Assembly (NCBI GenBank): GCA_913043225.1
Contig: CAJWLU010000043.1
Location: 1 to 17,298 of the forward strand
DNA from: an uncultured Acidobacteriota bacterium
GTDB taxonomy: Bacteria; Acidobacteriota; Vicinamibacteria; Vicinamibacterales; UBA8438
DNA length: 17,298 bases
Direction of reading: 5' to 3'
Below, piece by piece: positions 9,566 through 17,298 of this stretch (the first letter of the stretch is position 1; each line of letters starts with the position of its first letter). Both the position numbers and the translations under genes were made by a program. The notes under the pieces were generated by a model. The model saw nothing but the letters and a program-made list of their open reading frames with translations, was not told where the DNA came from and did no database searches.

Positions 9566-9570
9566 TGGCG

Positions 9571-9598
9571 TCTCCGGTTTCCGTTTTCCGTCTTCCGT
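9571..9598 (+). repeat. Four tandem 7-bp units (consensus TTTCCGT) in the gyrB-gyrA spacer
   Basis: TCTCCGG / TTTCCGT / TTTCCGT / CTTCCGT. Confidence 0.7.
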
Positions 9599-9612
9599 AA
9601 GGCACAGACTCT

Positions 9613-12099
9613 ATGTCCGAGACACCTGATTTGCGGTCCCGCGCGCCCGTTAATATCGAAGACGAGATGCGCCGGTCCTATATGGACTACGCCATGAGCG
9701 TCATCATCGGGCGTGCGTTGCCCGATGTTCGCGACGGGTTGAAACCGGCGCACCGCCGCGTCGTTTATGGCATGCGCCTGATGGGGTTGGCGTCGAATCG
9801 CGCCTACCGCAAGTGCGCCAAGATTGTGGGCGAGGTGATGGGTAACTACCATCCCCACGGCGATGCCTCGATCTACGACACGCTCGTCCGGCTCGCGCAA
9901 AGCTTCAACATGCGCTATCCGCTAGTCGACGGCCAGGGCAACTTCGGGTCGGTGGACGGCGACCCGCCGGCCGCGATGCGGTACACCGAGGCCAAACTCC
10001 AGCCGTTGTCCGATGACTTAATGGCGGATCTCGACAAGGAGACGGTCGATTTCGTTCCCAACTACGACGAGACCACCGAAGAGCCGTCGGTTCTGCCCAC
10101 GCCGTTTCCGAATCTACTGGTGAACGGATCAGCCGGCATAGCCGTGGGGATGGCCACCAACATTCCGCCGCACAATCTTACAGAGGTGATCGACGGCATC
10201 ATCTGGACGATCGAGCACCGTGAGGACAGCTCGGAGGAGAAACAACGTGGGATCCGGGCCCGGGTCACGGGCCCAGACTTCCCGACCGGCGGGTTCATCG
10301 TGGGTCGCGCGGGTATCGACGCGGCGTATCAGACAGGCCGGGGCTCGCTGACAGTTCGCGGTCGGACCACTATCGAGGAGTGCGGCAGGGACCGAGAGGC
10401 GATCGTCATCAACGAAATTCCCTATCAGCTCAACAAGGTCCGGTTGATCGAGAAGATCGCCGAATTGGTCCGCGAGAAGTCGCTCGAGGGCATCAGCGAT
10501 CTTCGCGACGAGTCGGACCGCGACGGTATGCGGATCGTGGTGGAGCTGAAGCGCGGCGAGGTGGCGGAGGTGGTCCTGAACAACCTCTACAAGCAGACGC
10601 CGCTCCAGTCGACGTTCGGCGTGATCATGCTGGCCATCGCGGGCGGCCGCCCGCGCGTATTGAGCTTGCTGGACATGGTGGAACGATTCATCGCCTTCCG
10701 CCATGACGTGGTGCGCAGGCGCACCGAGTTCAACCTACGGAAGGCAGAAGCGAGGGCGCACATTCTTGAGGGCCTCCAGGTGGCTCTCGATCATCTCGAT
10801 GCGGTGATCTCTCTGATCCGTGGCGCCCGCAACCCCGGGGAAGCTCGAACCGGGTTGATGGAACAGTTCAAGCTGTCGCAGATCCAGGCCCAGGCGATCC
10901 TGGATATGCAGTTGCAACGACTGACCGGTCTCGAGCGACAGAAGGTGATCGACGAACTTACCGAGCTGCTTGTGCAGATCGAGCGGCTGCGCACCATTCT
11001 CTCCAGCGAGTCGCTGCTGATGGGGATCGTAGTGAATGAGCTCCGCCAGGTGCAGGAGACCTACGGCGATGAGCGCAAGACAGAGATTATCGACGACCCG
11101 GGCGAGATCCGTATCGAGGACTTGATCGCCGAGGAAGACATGGCGATCACCGTGAGCAACACCGGCTACATCAAGCGGACGGCCATCACGGAGTATCGCA
11201 GCCAGCGACGTGGTGGAAAGGGCCGGATCGGGATGCGAACGCGCGAAGAGGACTTCCTCACGCACCTGTTCGTGGCTTCGACGCACGCCTACATCCTCAT
11301 CTTCTCCGACCGCGGCCGCGTGTACTGGTTAAAGGTACACACTATTCCCGATGTGGGGCCGGACGGTCGGGGGAAGGCTATCGCCAATCTGGTGTCGATG
11401 GAGTCGGGTGAGCGGATCGCGGCCCTCCTGGCGGTGCGCGAGTGGCCAGAGAATGACGGCGAGCGCTACATCATCACCGGGACTCGCCGCGGAACCATCA
11501 AGAAGACCGACCTGCGCGCGTTCCGGAATCCTCGAGCCGGCGGCATCATCGCGGTGGGCGTGGACGAAGACGACGCAGTGATTGCTGCTGAGATCACCGA
11601 TGGCAGCGGTGAGGTGTTCATTGGTACCTGCGAAGGCAAGGCGATCCGGTTCACCGAAAGCGATGTTCGCCCGATGGGCCGCACCGCCCGTGGGGTGCGC
11701 GGCATCAACCTCAGAAGCGAGGACGAGGTCGTGGCCATGGCGGTCGTGCGGCCTGGTGGCACCCTTCTAACGGTGACCGAAAAAGGCTACGGGAAGCGCA
11801 CCGAGCTTGATGAATACCGCGTGCAATCACGGGGGGGACTCGGTATCATTAGCATTCAAACGACCGCCAGAAACGGTCGCGTAGCTGGCATCGCGTACGT
11901 GGAGGACGAGGACGAGCTGATGCTCATCACCGAGCGAGGCAAGATCCTCCGTATGGATACCAAGGACATCCGTCCTATTGGGCGGGCCACCCAGGGCGTT
12001 CGATTGATTGAGATTGACGAACGCGACCGGGTGGTGTCGCTCGCCCGGCTCGCAGAAGAGACCGCTGACGCCGTTGAGTCGTCGGTTGGCGATCAATAA
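9613..12099 (+). CDS. gyrA: DNA gyrase subunit A
   Basis: [36 protein letters not shown], catalytic AAMRYTE, GyrA-box QRRGGKG (distinguishes it from ParC) and C-terminal pinwheel repeats. Confidence 0.98.
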   Translation: MSETPDLRSRAPVNIEDEMRRSYMDYAMSVIIGRALPDVRDGLKPAHRRVVYGMRLMGLASNRAYRKCAKIVGEVMGNYHPHGDASIYDTLVRLAQSFNMRYPLVDGQGNFGSVDGDPPAAMRYTEAKLQPLSDDLMADLDKETVDFVPNYDETTEEPSVLPTPFPNLLVNGSAGIAVGMATNIPPHNLTEVIDGIIWTIEHREDSSEEKQRGIRARVTGPDFPTGGFIVGRAGIDAAYQTGRGSLTVRGRTTIEECGRDREAIVINEIPYQLNKVRLIEKIAELVREKSLEGISDLRDESDRDGMRIVVELKRGEVAEVVLNNLYKQTPLQSTFGVIMLAIAGGRPRVLSLLDMVERFIAFRHDVVRRRTEFNLRKAEARAHILEGLQVALDHLDAVISLIRGARNPGEARTGLMEQFKLSQIQAQAILDMQLQRLTGLERQKVIDELTELLVQIERLRTILSSESLLMGIVVNELRQVQETYGDERKTEIIDDPGEIRIEDLIAEEDMAITVSNTGYIKRTAITEYRSQRRGGKGRIGMRTREEDFLTHLFVASTHAYILIFSDRGRVYWLKVHTIPDVGPDGRGKAIANLVSMESGERIAALLAVREWPENDGERYIITGTRRGTIKKTDLRAFRNPRAGGIIAVGVDEDDAVIAAEITDGSGEVFIGTCEGKAIRFTESDVRPMGRTARGVRGINLRSEDEVVAMAVVRPGGTLLTVTEKGYGKRTELDEYRVQSRGGLGIISIQTTARNGRVAGIAYVEDEDELMLITERGKILRMDTKDIRPIGRATQGVRLIEIDERDRVVSLARLAEETADAVESSVGDQ

Positions 12100-12120
12100 C
12101 CGAACACAGGAGGCGGCGAG

Positions 12121-12843
12121 ATGGTTCGATCGAAGACTGCGACCTTCGTGCTCATGCTGTTCGCGGCGCCCGCGATGGCACTGCTGCTGTCGGCGTGTGG
12201 CGGTGGCGGCGATGAACTTCCGCTGATCCGCGCCTACTTCCGCGCTACCAATACCGGCGACCGGCGTTCGCTGGCGAACATCGCGCTGTTCGCCTGGAAC
12301 GCGCAGGAGCAAGGGGCGGTGACCAGCCCGTCCATTGACTCGGTCAGCGAAGTGAGTAGCCGCCCGCTCCGGGTCCAGGACCTCGTTCAGGCCCTCGCCG
12401 ACGCCGAGGCTGAGGAAGACGTGTTCACCGAAGAGAAGATCGTCTATCAGAACGAAGAGTTTGAAGCCATCAACCGGGTTCTGGAAGCGGAACGGGAAGA
12501 CGAAGAGGTTGCGGCCCGCGACCGAGACGTGCAGGAAGCCTGGACCGACTGGCGAGACCGGACGATGGAGCATTCCAGGAACGTCTCCAATGCCCGTCAG
12601 GAGTTGGCCGTCGAGCAGGAAACGGCCGCGCTCAGCATCTTCGATGCGCGGAATCCGATTGACATCAACGAGTACGACGGCGAGATCCGTACCAAGGATG
12701 TCCAGATCACGGCGACGGTCGCCACCGGAGGGACCGAGTCGGAGCGGAGTCTGACCGTGACCTTGCTCCAAACCGTGTTGGAGGGGGCGGGTCCCGACGC
12801 CGGGCAGCTCATCGGTCGCTGGGTCGTGGCCAACATCAGCTGA
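12121..12843 (+). CDS. Uncharacterised acidic lipoprotein
   Basis: AGGAGG SD at 12108-12113, 7 nt before the ATG. Basic N-terminus, hydrophobic stretch and lipobox LSA-C26, followed by GGGG. 21 bp after the gyrA stop and followed by a terminator. Confidence 0.85.
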   Translation: MVRSKTATFVLMLFAAPAMALLLSACGGGGDELPLIRAYFRATNTGDRRSLANIALFAWNAQEQGAVTSPSIDSVSEVSSRPLRVQDLVQALADAEAEEDVFTEEKIVYQNEEFEAINRVLEAEREDEEVAARDRDVQEAWTDWRDRTMEHSRNVSNARQELAVEQETAALSIFDARNPIDINEYDGEIRTKDVQITATVATGGTESERSLTVTLLQTVLEGAGPDAGQLIGRWVVANIS

Positions 12844-12867
12844 GCCCATTCCAACCTGATTACCAGT

Positions 12868-12897
12868 GCCCGGCTCGACCCCGAGCCGGGTTTTTTT
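12868..12897 (+). terminator. Rho-independent terminator closing the gyrB-gyrA-lipoprotein transcript
   Basis: Stem CCCGGCTCG (12869-12877), loop ACCC, CGAGCCGGG (12882-12890), then T7 (12891-12897). Sits between convergent genes; the U-tract is on the + strand only. Confidence 0.9.
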
Positions 12898-12899
12898 GC

Positions 12900-15149
12900 C
12901 TAGGCGAGCGTGAGCTTGGCGAACTTCGCGCGTAGCGTCTTCCGGCCGCGGTCGGTGAAGTGCACGGTGAGTTTCATGTCGTTGGTTAGTGGCTCGACCG
13001 CGAGCACCGTGCCGGTACCGAACGTCGGATGCTTTACCTTGGTGCCCGGGCTGATGCTGATCACTGACTGATCTTCGTCTTCGTAGGAGTAGCCGTAATC
13101 GGGCTGGATGTTCGGTTCGGGAGCGCGGCGGCGTCCTCGGCGAGAGCCGACTACGGCGGGCGCCGGCGTCGAGAAGACCGGTTCGACTACCTCAACGAGC
13201 TCTGCTGGAATCTCCGCTAGGAACCGCGACGGTTCCGAGGCCTGGTATTCGCCGAACACCCGCCGCCTGGCGGCGCTGGTCAACACTAGCCGGCTTTGCG
13301 CCCGCGTCATGCCGACATAGCAGAGTCGTCGCTCTTCCTCGAGCTCGTCGTCATCGTTCTGTGAACGCATGTGGGGGAAGAGTCCCTCCTCCATGCCCAC
13401 CATAAACACCGACGGAAACTCCAGGCCCTTGGCGGCGTGCAGGGTCATGAGCCAGATCCGCGCTTGTGGTGACCCCGATTCCTCGTCGGTCTCCGAGAGC
13501 AGCGAAAGCCGGTCCACGAAACCGGCCAGCGACGCTTCCGGTTCACGCACCTCATAATCGCGAGCGGCCGACACTAGCTCCATCAGGTTGCCGAGCCGGC
13601 TTTCGGCGTCCTCGGTCCGCTGTTCTCTCAGGTCGTAGAGATAGCCGCTGCGGTCCAGCAGCTTGCCGAGCAGGTCGGATACCGGGTCCTGAGCGGCGGC
13701 GTCGGAGATCTCCCGAATGATGTCGCGGAACTTGGCCAGCGCCCTAACCGCGCGGGTGGGTACGAGCTTTTCGTCAATCGCCCGGTTCAGCCGCCGCCAG
13801 AGCGAACCGGCGGTCTCTGCGTCGACCGCTCCTGCAAACAACGGTCCCGTGTCGGCGGGTGCGGGATTCAGCTCGTCGAGGGCCGTCATGACGCCTTTGC
13901 CGATCCCGCGTGCGGGCACGTTGATCACGCGCCGGAGGCTGACGTCATCGTCCGGGTTCATCAGCAGGCGGAGGTAGGCGAGTGCGTCCTTGATCTCCTT
14001 GCGCTCGTAGAACCTGACGCTCCCGATGATCTTGTAGCTGAGGCCCTCCCGGATGAGCGCGTCTTCGAGCGCGCGCGATTGCGCGTTGGTGCGATAGAGC
14101 ACGCCGACCAGTTCCGACTCGTTCTCGGCGGTAAGCGCCTCTCGCAACCGCTGCGTGACGAAGTCGGCCTCCTCGAGCTCGTCGCCGCCTCGGAAGTATC
14201 TGATCACCGCACCGCCAGTGCGGTCGGTCCAGAGCCGCTTCTCTTTGCGATTGCGGTTCTGGCGGATGAGCGCCGACGCAGCGTCCAGGATCACCTGCGT
14301 CGATCGGTAGTTCTGTTCCAGCCGAACGACGGTGGCCTCGCTGAAGTCTTGCTCGAAGTCCATGATGTTGCGCAGATCGGCGCCACGCCATTTGTAGATG
14401 GACTGGTCGGGGTCCCCGACGACGCATAAGTTCCGGTGATGGTCCGCGAGCAGCCGGATCAGACGGTACTGCGGCTGGTTGGTGTCCTGATACTCGTCGA
14501 CCATGACGTAGCGAAAACGCTTGCCATAACGATGTCGCACCGACTCGGCGTCGGTGAGTAACTGGACGGTCTTCAGCAACAGGTCGTCGAAGTCGAGCGC
14601 GTTCGCCTCCGCCAGCGCCTGCTGGTAGTGCCCGTATACGTTGGCGGTGAGTTCACCTTTGGCGCTCCAGCTCTCGCTGCGGAGCGTGTCGGGATCCACC
14701 ATCTGGTTCTTGGCCTGGCTGATCAACGAGAGCGCCTGGCGCGGCGGGAGGAGTTTGTCGTCGATATCCAGCTCCTTTAGGCTGCGGCGAATGACTGCCA
14801 GCTGGTCCAAGGTGTCGTAGATCACAAAATCCCGGAGCAGCCCGATCGCGGGGCCGTCGCGCCGGAGCACCCGGGCGCAGAACGCATGGAAAGTCGAAAT
14901 CCACAGGCCGCCGCAATCCTCGGCCAGCAGGCGCTCGACCCGCTCCCGCATCTCCTGCGCCGCTTTATTTGTGAAGGTAACGGCCAGGACTTCATGGGCG
15001 GCCGCATGGCCGTCGCCAATCAGATAGGCCACCCGATAGGCGATGACGCGGGTCTTCCCAGACCCGGCTCCGGCCAGGATCAGTAATGGCCCGGCAGTGG
15101 TCAGCACCGCACGCCGTTGCTCCGAATTCAGCTCTTGCAGGAAGTCCAT
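12900..15149 (-). CDS. pcrA: SF1 DNA helicase UvrD/PcrA
   Basis: AGAGSGKT, TFTNKAA, VDEYQD, VGDPDQSIY, LEQNYRS, YRTNAQSR, TLHAAKGLEF and EEERRLCYVGMTRA. C-terminal Tudor-like RNAP-binding domain (KVKHPTFGTGTV). Confidence 0.96.
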   Translation of the reverse strand: MDFLQELNSEQRRAVLTTAGPLLILAGAGSGKTRVIAYRVAYLIGDGHAAAHEVLAVTFTNKAAQEMRERVERLLAEDCGGLWISTFHAFCARVLRRDGPAIGLLRDFVIYDTLDQLAVIRRSLKELDIDDKLLPPRQALSLISQAKNQMVDPDTLRSESWSAKGELTANVYGHYQQALAEANALDFDDLLLKTVQLLTDAESVRHRYGKRFRYVMVDEYQDTNQPQYRLIRLLADHHRNLCVVGDPDQSIYKWRGADLRNIMDFEQDFSEATVVRLEQNYRSTQVILDAASALIRQNRNRKEKRLWTDRTGGAVIRYFRGGDELEEADFVTQRLREALTAENESELVGVLYRTNAQSRALEDALIREGLSYKIIGSVRFYERKEIKDALAYLRLLMNPDDDVSLRRVINVPARGIGKGVMTALDELNPAPADTGPLFAGAVDAETAGSLWRRLNRAIDEKLVPTRAVRALAKFRDIIREISDAAAQDPVSDLLGKLLDRSGYLYDLREQRTEDAESRLGNLMELVSAARDYEVREPEASLAGFVDRLSLLSETDEESGSPQARIWLMTLHAAKGLEFPSVFMVGMEEGLFPHMRSQNDDDELEEERRLCYVGMTRAQSRLVLTSAARRRVFGEYQASEPSRFLAEIPAELVEVVEPVFSTPAPAVVGSRRGRRRAPEPNIQPDYGYSYEDEDQSVISISPGTKVKHPTFGTGTVLAVEPLTNDMKLTVHFTDRGRKTLRAKFAKLTLA

Positions 15150-15174
15150 GACCCGACCGACGGCACGGTGAACC

Positions 15175-17019
15175 TCACTCCACTGTCACGCTCTTGGCTA
15201 GATTGCGCGGTTGGTCGACGTCGCAGCCACGCCGTACCGCGACGTGATAGGCCAGAAGCTGGAGCGGGACCACCATCACGATGGGCGTGAGGAGCGGGGA
15301 GGCGGTGGGAATGGTGATGAGAGCGTCCTGAGCCGGGTCGATCAGTGTTGCGACCTCCTGCTGGCTCTCGTCCGCCACGGCCAGCACCACCCCGCCCCGG
15401 GCCTTGGCCTGTTGCAGGTTGGAGGCCATCTTACCGAAAGCCGGTCCGCCCGGCAGCAAGGCGACCACCGGCATCTGCTCGTCGATGAGTGCGATCGGAC
15501 CGTGCTTCATCTCGCCCGCCGGATAGCCCTCGGCGTGAATGTACGAGATCTCCTTAAGCTTCAGCGCACCCTCGAGCGCGATCGGGTAGGTGATGCCGCG
15601 GCCTAGGTAGAGGAAGTTGCGATACGCGTAGAAGCGCTGCGCTATCTCTTGAATTGCCCCATCGCATCGCAGCGCCTGCTCTATCAGTCGAGGCAAGTGG
15701 CTGAGATCGTCGACCTGGCTCCGGACGAAGTCCGTCGACAGCACGCCCCGGACCTGACCCAGATACAGCCCCAGCAGGTGCAGGGCGACGAGCTGAGAGG
15801 TAAACGCTTTGGTCGACGCCACGCCGATCTCTGGTCCGGCGTGGGTGTAGACGGTGCCGTCGGCCTCCCGCGTCGCCATACTGCCGACAACGTTGCAGAT
15901 CGCGACGCTGACCGCACCGTTCCCCTTTGCCTCGCGGAGTGCGGCCAAGGTGTCGGCTGTTTCCCCGGACTGGGTGATGACGACGGTCAATGTGTTGGAG
16001 GTGACGATAGGATCGCGGTAGCGGTACTCCGAGCCGTAGTCGACCTCGACCGGGACGCCCGCCAGTTGCTCGATCATGAACTTACCGACCAGGCCGGCAT
16101 GCCACGATGTCCCGCACGCCAGGATCACGATCCGGTCGATAGTCCGAAGCCGATCGTCCGGTAGCTCGAGCTCGCCCAGGAAGACCCGGCCCGAATCGAG
16201 TGAGGTGCGACCCAGCACCGTTTCCTGGACGGCCCAGGGCTGCTCGAAGATTTCCTTGAGCATGAAGTGCTTGTAGCCGGCCTTTTCGGCCATCACAGGG
16301 TCCCAGGCAATGCGTTGCGTAGCGACTTCGACCGTATTTCCGTCGAAATCGGTAAACGTCACTCCCTCGGGGGTGATCGTGGCCATCTCGCGGTCGCCGA
16401 GAAACACCACGTTGCGGGTGTGGCTCAGCACGGCCGGGACGTCGGACGCCACTAGATACTCGCGTTCGCCCATGCCCACCAAGATGGGCGGACCCTGGCG
16501 CACGGCCACGAGCTTCCGCGGCTCGTCGGCGTTCAGCAAGACCAGGCCGAACAGTCCCTGCACGCCTCTCAGCGCGCGTCGGACCGCCTGTTCCAGCCCG
16601 TCGTCGTGCATCTCCCGCTCGACGAGATGGGCGATCACCTCGGTGTCGGTTTCGGTCTCGAAGAGATGACCCTGATCTTCGAGCTGCTGCTTCAGCTCGA
16701 GGTAGTTCTCGATGATGCCGTTGTGGACGACGACGATGCGGCCTGAGCAGTCACGGTGGGGGTGGGCGTTCTCCTCGGTCGGTCGCCCATGGGTGGCCCA
16801 ACGCGTGTGGCCGAGGCCGAAGTCGCCAGCGACGGGCTGCTCGGCAATGGCCTCTTCCAGGCGGGCCAGCTTGCCCGCGCTCCTACGAATCTCGATCTCG
16901 CCGTTATTGACGAGCGCGACGCCAGCCGAGTCATAGCCGCGATACTCCAGGCGGCGGAGACTGTCGAGGAGGACCGGCACGACCGGTTTGTCGCCGATGT
17001 AGCCGATGATTCCACACAT
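15175..17019 (-). CDS. glmS: Glutamine--fructose-6-phosphate aminotransferase (isomerizing)
   Basis: N-terminal MCGI (catalytic Cys), [37 protein letters not shown]-type [15 protein letters not shown] and C-terminal [11 protein letters not shown]. Confidence 0.98.
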   Translation of the reverse strand: MCGIIGYIGDKPVVPVLLDSLRRLEYRGYDSAGVALVNNGEIEIRRSAGKLARLEEAIAEQPVAGDFGLGHTRWATHGRPTEENAHPHRDCSGRIVVVHNGIIENYLELKQQLEDQGHLFETETDTEVIAHLVEREMHDDGLEQAVRRALRGVQGLFGLVLLNADEPRKLVAVRQGPPILVGMGEREYLVASDVPAVLSHTRNVVFLGDREMATITPEGVTFTDFDGNTVEVATQRIAWDPVMAEKAGYKHFMLKEIFEQPWAVQETVLGRTSLDSGRVFLGELELPDDRLRTIDRIVILACGTSWHAGLVGKFMIEQLAGVPVEVDYGSEYRYRDPIVTSNTLTVVITQSGETADTLAALREAKGNGAVSVAICNVVGSMATREADGTVYTHAGPEIGVASTKAFTSQLVALHLLGLYLGQVRGVLSTDFVRSQVDDLSHLPRLIEQALRCDGAIQEIAQRFYAYRNFLYLGRGITYPIALEGALKLKEISYIHAEGYPAGEMKHGPIALIDEQMPVVALLPGGPAFGKMASNLQQAKARGGVVLAVADESQQEVATLIDPAQDALITIPTASPLLTPIVMVVPLQLLAYHVAVRRGCDVDQPRNLAKSVTVE

Positions 17020-17022
17020 GGC

Positions 17023-17298
17023 TCAGTCGTCGGTCCGCCCGCCGGACTTGCGGCGGGCGACCCAGTCTTCCTTGGTGACCTGACGTTCGCGGGCGACGCC
17101 CAGGGCGCCGGTCGGCACATTCTCGGTGATGGTCGAGCCTGCTCCGACATAGGCGTCGTCGCCGAGGGTGACCGGGGCGACAAGCTCTGTGCCGCTGCCG
17201 ATGAACACCCGATCCCCGATCGTGGTGGGGTGTTTGTCCCTGCCGTCGTAATTACAGGTGATGGTCCCGGCGCCTACATTGACTCCGGCGCCGATCGT
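17023..17298 (-). CDS. glmU: Bifunctional GlmU, C-terminal acetyltransferase (hexapeptide-repeat) part; starts beyond the right edge
   Basis: The frame is open to the window edge: [62 protein letters not shown]...[14 protein letters not shown] motif; ends 3 nt before the glmS start. Confidence 0.96.
   Translation of the reverse strand, partial: TIGAGVNVGAGTITCNYDGRDKHPTTIGDRVFIGSGTELVAPVTLGDDAYVGAGSTITENVPTGALGVARERQVTKEDWVARRKSGGRTDD

Noticed and set aside
11827..12849. 340-aa minus-strand ORF antisense to the lipoprotein gene and the gyrA 3' end
   Set aside because: A shadow ORF typical of GC-rich coding DNA, with no recognisable motifs. The + strand gene has the SD, lipobox and terminator.
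17020..17022. glmS ribozyme upstream of glmS
   Set aside because: Only 3 nt separate glmU and glmS, and the upstream sequence is intact GlmU coding sequence.

Overview
This window is a bacterial chromosomal replication-origin region made almost entirely of core genes. Left arm (minus strand): rpmH-rnpA-yidD-yidC-jag(short)-mnmE (partial). Right arm (plus strand): dnaA-[AT-rich oriC]-dnaN-gyrB-gyrA, then an uncharacterised acidic lipoprotein and an intrinsic terminator. A convergent minus-strand block follows: glmU (partial)-glmS-pcrA/uvrD. DnaA boxes of the TTTTCCACA type lie on both sides of dnaA, suggesting a bipartite origin. There is an IHF-consensus site, and divergent sigma70-type promoters serve rpmH and dnaA. 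The gene order (no recF after dnaN) and signatures such as DnaA KHHSTV and GyrB EGESA are reminiscent of Acidobacteriota; this is an inference from recall, not a search. I see no mobile element, CRISPR array, RNA gene or defence system, and no clearly new multi-gene system. The best leads are the orphan lipoprotein apparently co-transcribed with gyrase, a thrice-repeated TGATCCGGYCC motif in the dnaA leader, a minimal Jag with a degenerate KH loop, and variant quinolone-binding residues in both gyrase subunits.
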